From Okamejei kenojei (taxonomy: Eukaryota), in assembly GCA_035221665.1 (NCBI GenBank), contig CM069173.1:7688001-7752000 (forward strand): a DNA stretch of 64,000 nucleotides, read 5' to 3'. The notes beneath the pieces were generated by a model that was not told the origin of the DNA, did not search any database, and worked only from the letters and a program-made list of their open reading frames with translations. Below are positions 61,001 to 64,000 of this stretch, one piece after another (the stretch's first letter is position 1; each line of letters begins with the position of its first letter). A program made the position numbers and the translations under genes.

Positions 61001-64000
61001 AAATGTTGCAGCAAGTATTTATTTAAAATGGTTTGTGCAATGGACATTTACATACGATCATGTGAACGTACAAGATGAGAAGAGATGGAGGGGGAACTGT
61101 TTTGCACCATAAACTATGTGACTGTTTACATTCCGTGCTGGAGGCGTTGCCGTTGGGTTCAATGGAAGGTGGAAACAATTAGGTGAGGCTCAAATCGGAA
61201 GACATTGAAGGTTGTTTCCAGTGCTACATAGCGCACGGTTCCACGTGACGCCTCTCGCCGCTGAGTAATTGAACAATTTGCCGTCTCCAATGTTAAATGA
61301 ATGGCAAACTTATGCATTCGGGGCAGGGGACTCGGTCAGATTTAGATAGTATATCTAAGCTATTTTTTGAAATTAAGATGCAGAAAGATTTCAGTGACAT
61401 CTCCGTCTTACCTAGCTTTTGCACTACGGAGGGATTGGTATTGTAATGTTATTTTACACCTGGTTTATTCGATTTTTTTAAACTTACAGTTATGCTGAAT
61501 GGGTATTTGAATGCCTGGAGCAGCTGTTCTTGAACTTCCTCTGGGTCTCAGTGTAAATGAGCGGTGTGTTGCAGGTGTTAACAGTTGTAGCATAATTCCA
61601 GGTTGTCAATATTGCATGTTGGTCTTCAACCCCTTGTTACCGAAAACCACTTCGTAATTCGATAGATCACGAAAATATGCTACGTTGTGCCCATAAGAAA
61701 CATAAAGCTGCTGGAGATTGCAAAGAGTAAAATTATGGATCGTCTGTCGCGGTTTGCAATTCTGGGTCTCCTCCTGAGATCGCGAGTTTTCTTGGCGGGG
61801 CACGGACTGATCACTAAAATGGTTGACAGTTGAGTACATTCTCAGCATAAATCAAACAAAACGGAATGACTGTGTTTATTCAGCTGTTGACCCAGGCAAA
61901 TAGCTATCACAAGGGGAGATATAAAATTGAAACGTATTCGACAACCCACAGTATTCCCTGCTTATCCCTGAGTGTATAAGTGTACGCAAAAGGCCAGGGC
62001 ACGTTCTGCAAACAGAAAAAACGCAGATTGGGTCACTATATCACCACCGCCGGTTCTCTCGGTGCAGTAACTGTTTCTCAGATTCTGAGTGGAATTGGCC
62101 ACATAGCGATCAAATGTAAAAGCGACCGTGAGCCAAAACCGAAACACAAAAAGCTACGGCCGCGGGAGGAGGATCATAATGAACCTGCACACAGTATTGT
62201 GGAGAAGAAGAATGTTCTCCACCAGTAAATCGTCGGCTATACGCTGTAATATCACTTCGCCCGACGATCACGGAGAGGACCGCGTTCGCCTTGGCCACCA
62301 GGTAACGAGTGGTTGCATTTGGAGAGACCCACAATTATCTGCGGGGACCTGGATTCACAATGGCCTGCTAAGAATTCACTAGGGGTGTAGAAAAGAGCAA
62401 CTCTAGTTATATGGAAGCGAAAACGCGATGCTAATTTGGGGTTACATTTTGGATACGATTTGTTTTCTTTTTCGTAAAAACTGGGCCCCCCCCACTGACA
62501 CATGCTATCCTGGGTGCGTGTTAGGAGTGTGCGGATTAGCTAGCAGCGGATATACGCAGGCAGGTGAGCTGTCTCACAGTCTCCTTGGATGACCATAGAC
62601 TGCGCAACAGGTCGGCGCAGGACGCCATCGTTCCTCGGACCTAAAACCCTTCTTTGGAACAGCCAGGCAACAGGGATTCGAACGTTAGATTCGCATTTCT
62701 CCGATGAAGCACTTGCCTTCAACACTACTCCATTCGGAACCATTTGATAATCTCCCGAGCCCATGCGATCAGCCACATCCTTGCTTTGGAATACCTCGTC
62801 TTGCGATTAAATACCTTAATCAGGAGCATTAGTGCTAACACCCTTCAACATTAATTCTGAACAAACGGTGCCCATAAAGATGTCTTCTCCTTCCCCGGAC
62901 GACACCCTATACCATCACAGAAACCTCTCCGGTCAAATTCGGCTTCGACAAGTTTCCAGATAATGACAATCTCAAGTTGTATTTATCACAAAGATCCCAC
63001 ATGTCAGTCCCACTACTGCGTCCATTGACCTACCTGGCACCCCGATTGCTGCTAGAATTGGATAATAATAATCTTCAACGGTCAAGTGCCTCTTCCAAAC
63101 TCATTTCACTTCAAGCCGTCCCCAGTTATGCAGTGCCGAACATTGCAGAAGTCAATGTGAGACGTAAAACGCGCTATTATTTATATTCTAGAAAATAGGT
63201 GGACAGCGTGCGTTCACATCCCGCGGACATCCATTGTGGAAAAGTGTGAACATATTAGGTTTGCTCCCCAGTGATGCAAAGCGTTCAAAACCATTATGCG
63301 ACCGCTTGCTACTCAGGCACCAGCTGCGCACCCACCGACAAGGTATAAAAATACAACTGCACATTCTATTTTTAAATTTAAAACGCGTGGCTACGAAGAC
63401 GCAGCAAAATGCATGTCATATGGCATTTAGCCACTCATTGCTGCGATGTAATACAGTACTTTTTGTAGGCATTTGAATGCATTTTCCAGACACCGTAAAA
63501 TGCTTCTTTAATTATGTGATCCTGGAGTTCTGTGAAATCTCCGTTTGAAAAGAAAATAGAGTCCATATTTGGGCAGCGGTCTATATGATGTAATCATAGG
63601 GAAAACCTTCTAGACGCCATCGCACGCAACCCAGAAACAATAGCAGCATTAATATCTTTAAACTGTTGAGCTTTTGTATGAAGTAAATTATAGGCAAGTG
63701 TTATTTTTTACATAACAATGCCCAGAAATAAACATCGGCAAGAACATGTTCTTGGTCAACAGTTTCATTAAGAAATGTGTTGATTCATATAAACAGAGAG
63801 GTGAACGCTTTAGATGTATTCCATGTATTAGGGCAAGTCATTCCAATGCATTGACCGTTGGAGATATCAAGAATGTTGATGCGCAAGATGATAGAACCGA
63901 TTAAATGGGGTGTTAAAGAGGTATGACCAGCTGTAATGTTTGGGGATAGTAAATACTGAGGCAGTCTTTGATCTAAGAAAGAAGTGGCATGTTTGTGCAC
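52080..64000 (-). repeat. Inverted, error-rich copy of ~34681-46470 (DIRS 5' half 52080-55237, minisatellite, ERV, CR1, GPCR)
   Basis: Colinear reverse-complement match throughout; for example 63960-64000 matches 34681-34720 and 55200-55237 matches 43332-43370. Confidence 0.97.
61449..63104 (-). pseudogene. Frameshifted second copy of the GPR139-like gene (exon 1 63034-63104, exon 2 61449-62378); possibly an artefact
   Basis: WLTVAFTFDRYVA, TTRYLVAKANAVLSVIVG fragments and the same splice sites, with very many 1-bp indels. Confidence 0.7.

Overview
Eukaryotic, almost certainly cartilaginous-fish (skate/ray-like) genomic DNA. This is inferred from the HE1-type V-SINE and HER1-type CR1 repeats and a shark-type GPR139-like gene. 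Most of the window is repeats: three DIRS tyrosine-recombinase retrotransposons (one structurally complete, with split inverted termini and ICR), a ~6.7-kb TCAAG/TCCAT satellite, many CR1 fragments, a Vingi-type LINE, a HERO-type RLE LINE split by a Tc1 transposon, a Gypsy element carrying nested L1, Rex1/Babar and Penelope insertions, and a decayed epsilon/gamma-like endogenous retrovirus. The one host gene is an intact two-exon GPR139/GPR142-like rhodopsin GPCR (35580-37218) with TATA, Inr and polyA signals. Bases ~52080-64000 are an indel-ridden inverted copy of ~34681-46470; this looks more like an assembly or long-read artefact than a real paralog. The most interesting signals are a probable 2H-phosphoesterase (HxT...HxT) domain between protease and RT in the ERV, hammerhead-ribozyme cores in Penelope-derived elements (including a ~91-bp TSD-flanked mini-element), and an old duplication of the GPCR upstream region. 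No clearly novel multi-gene system is supported by the sequence.
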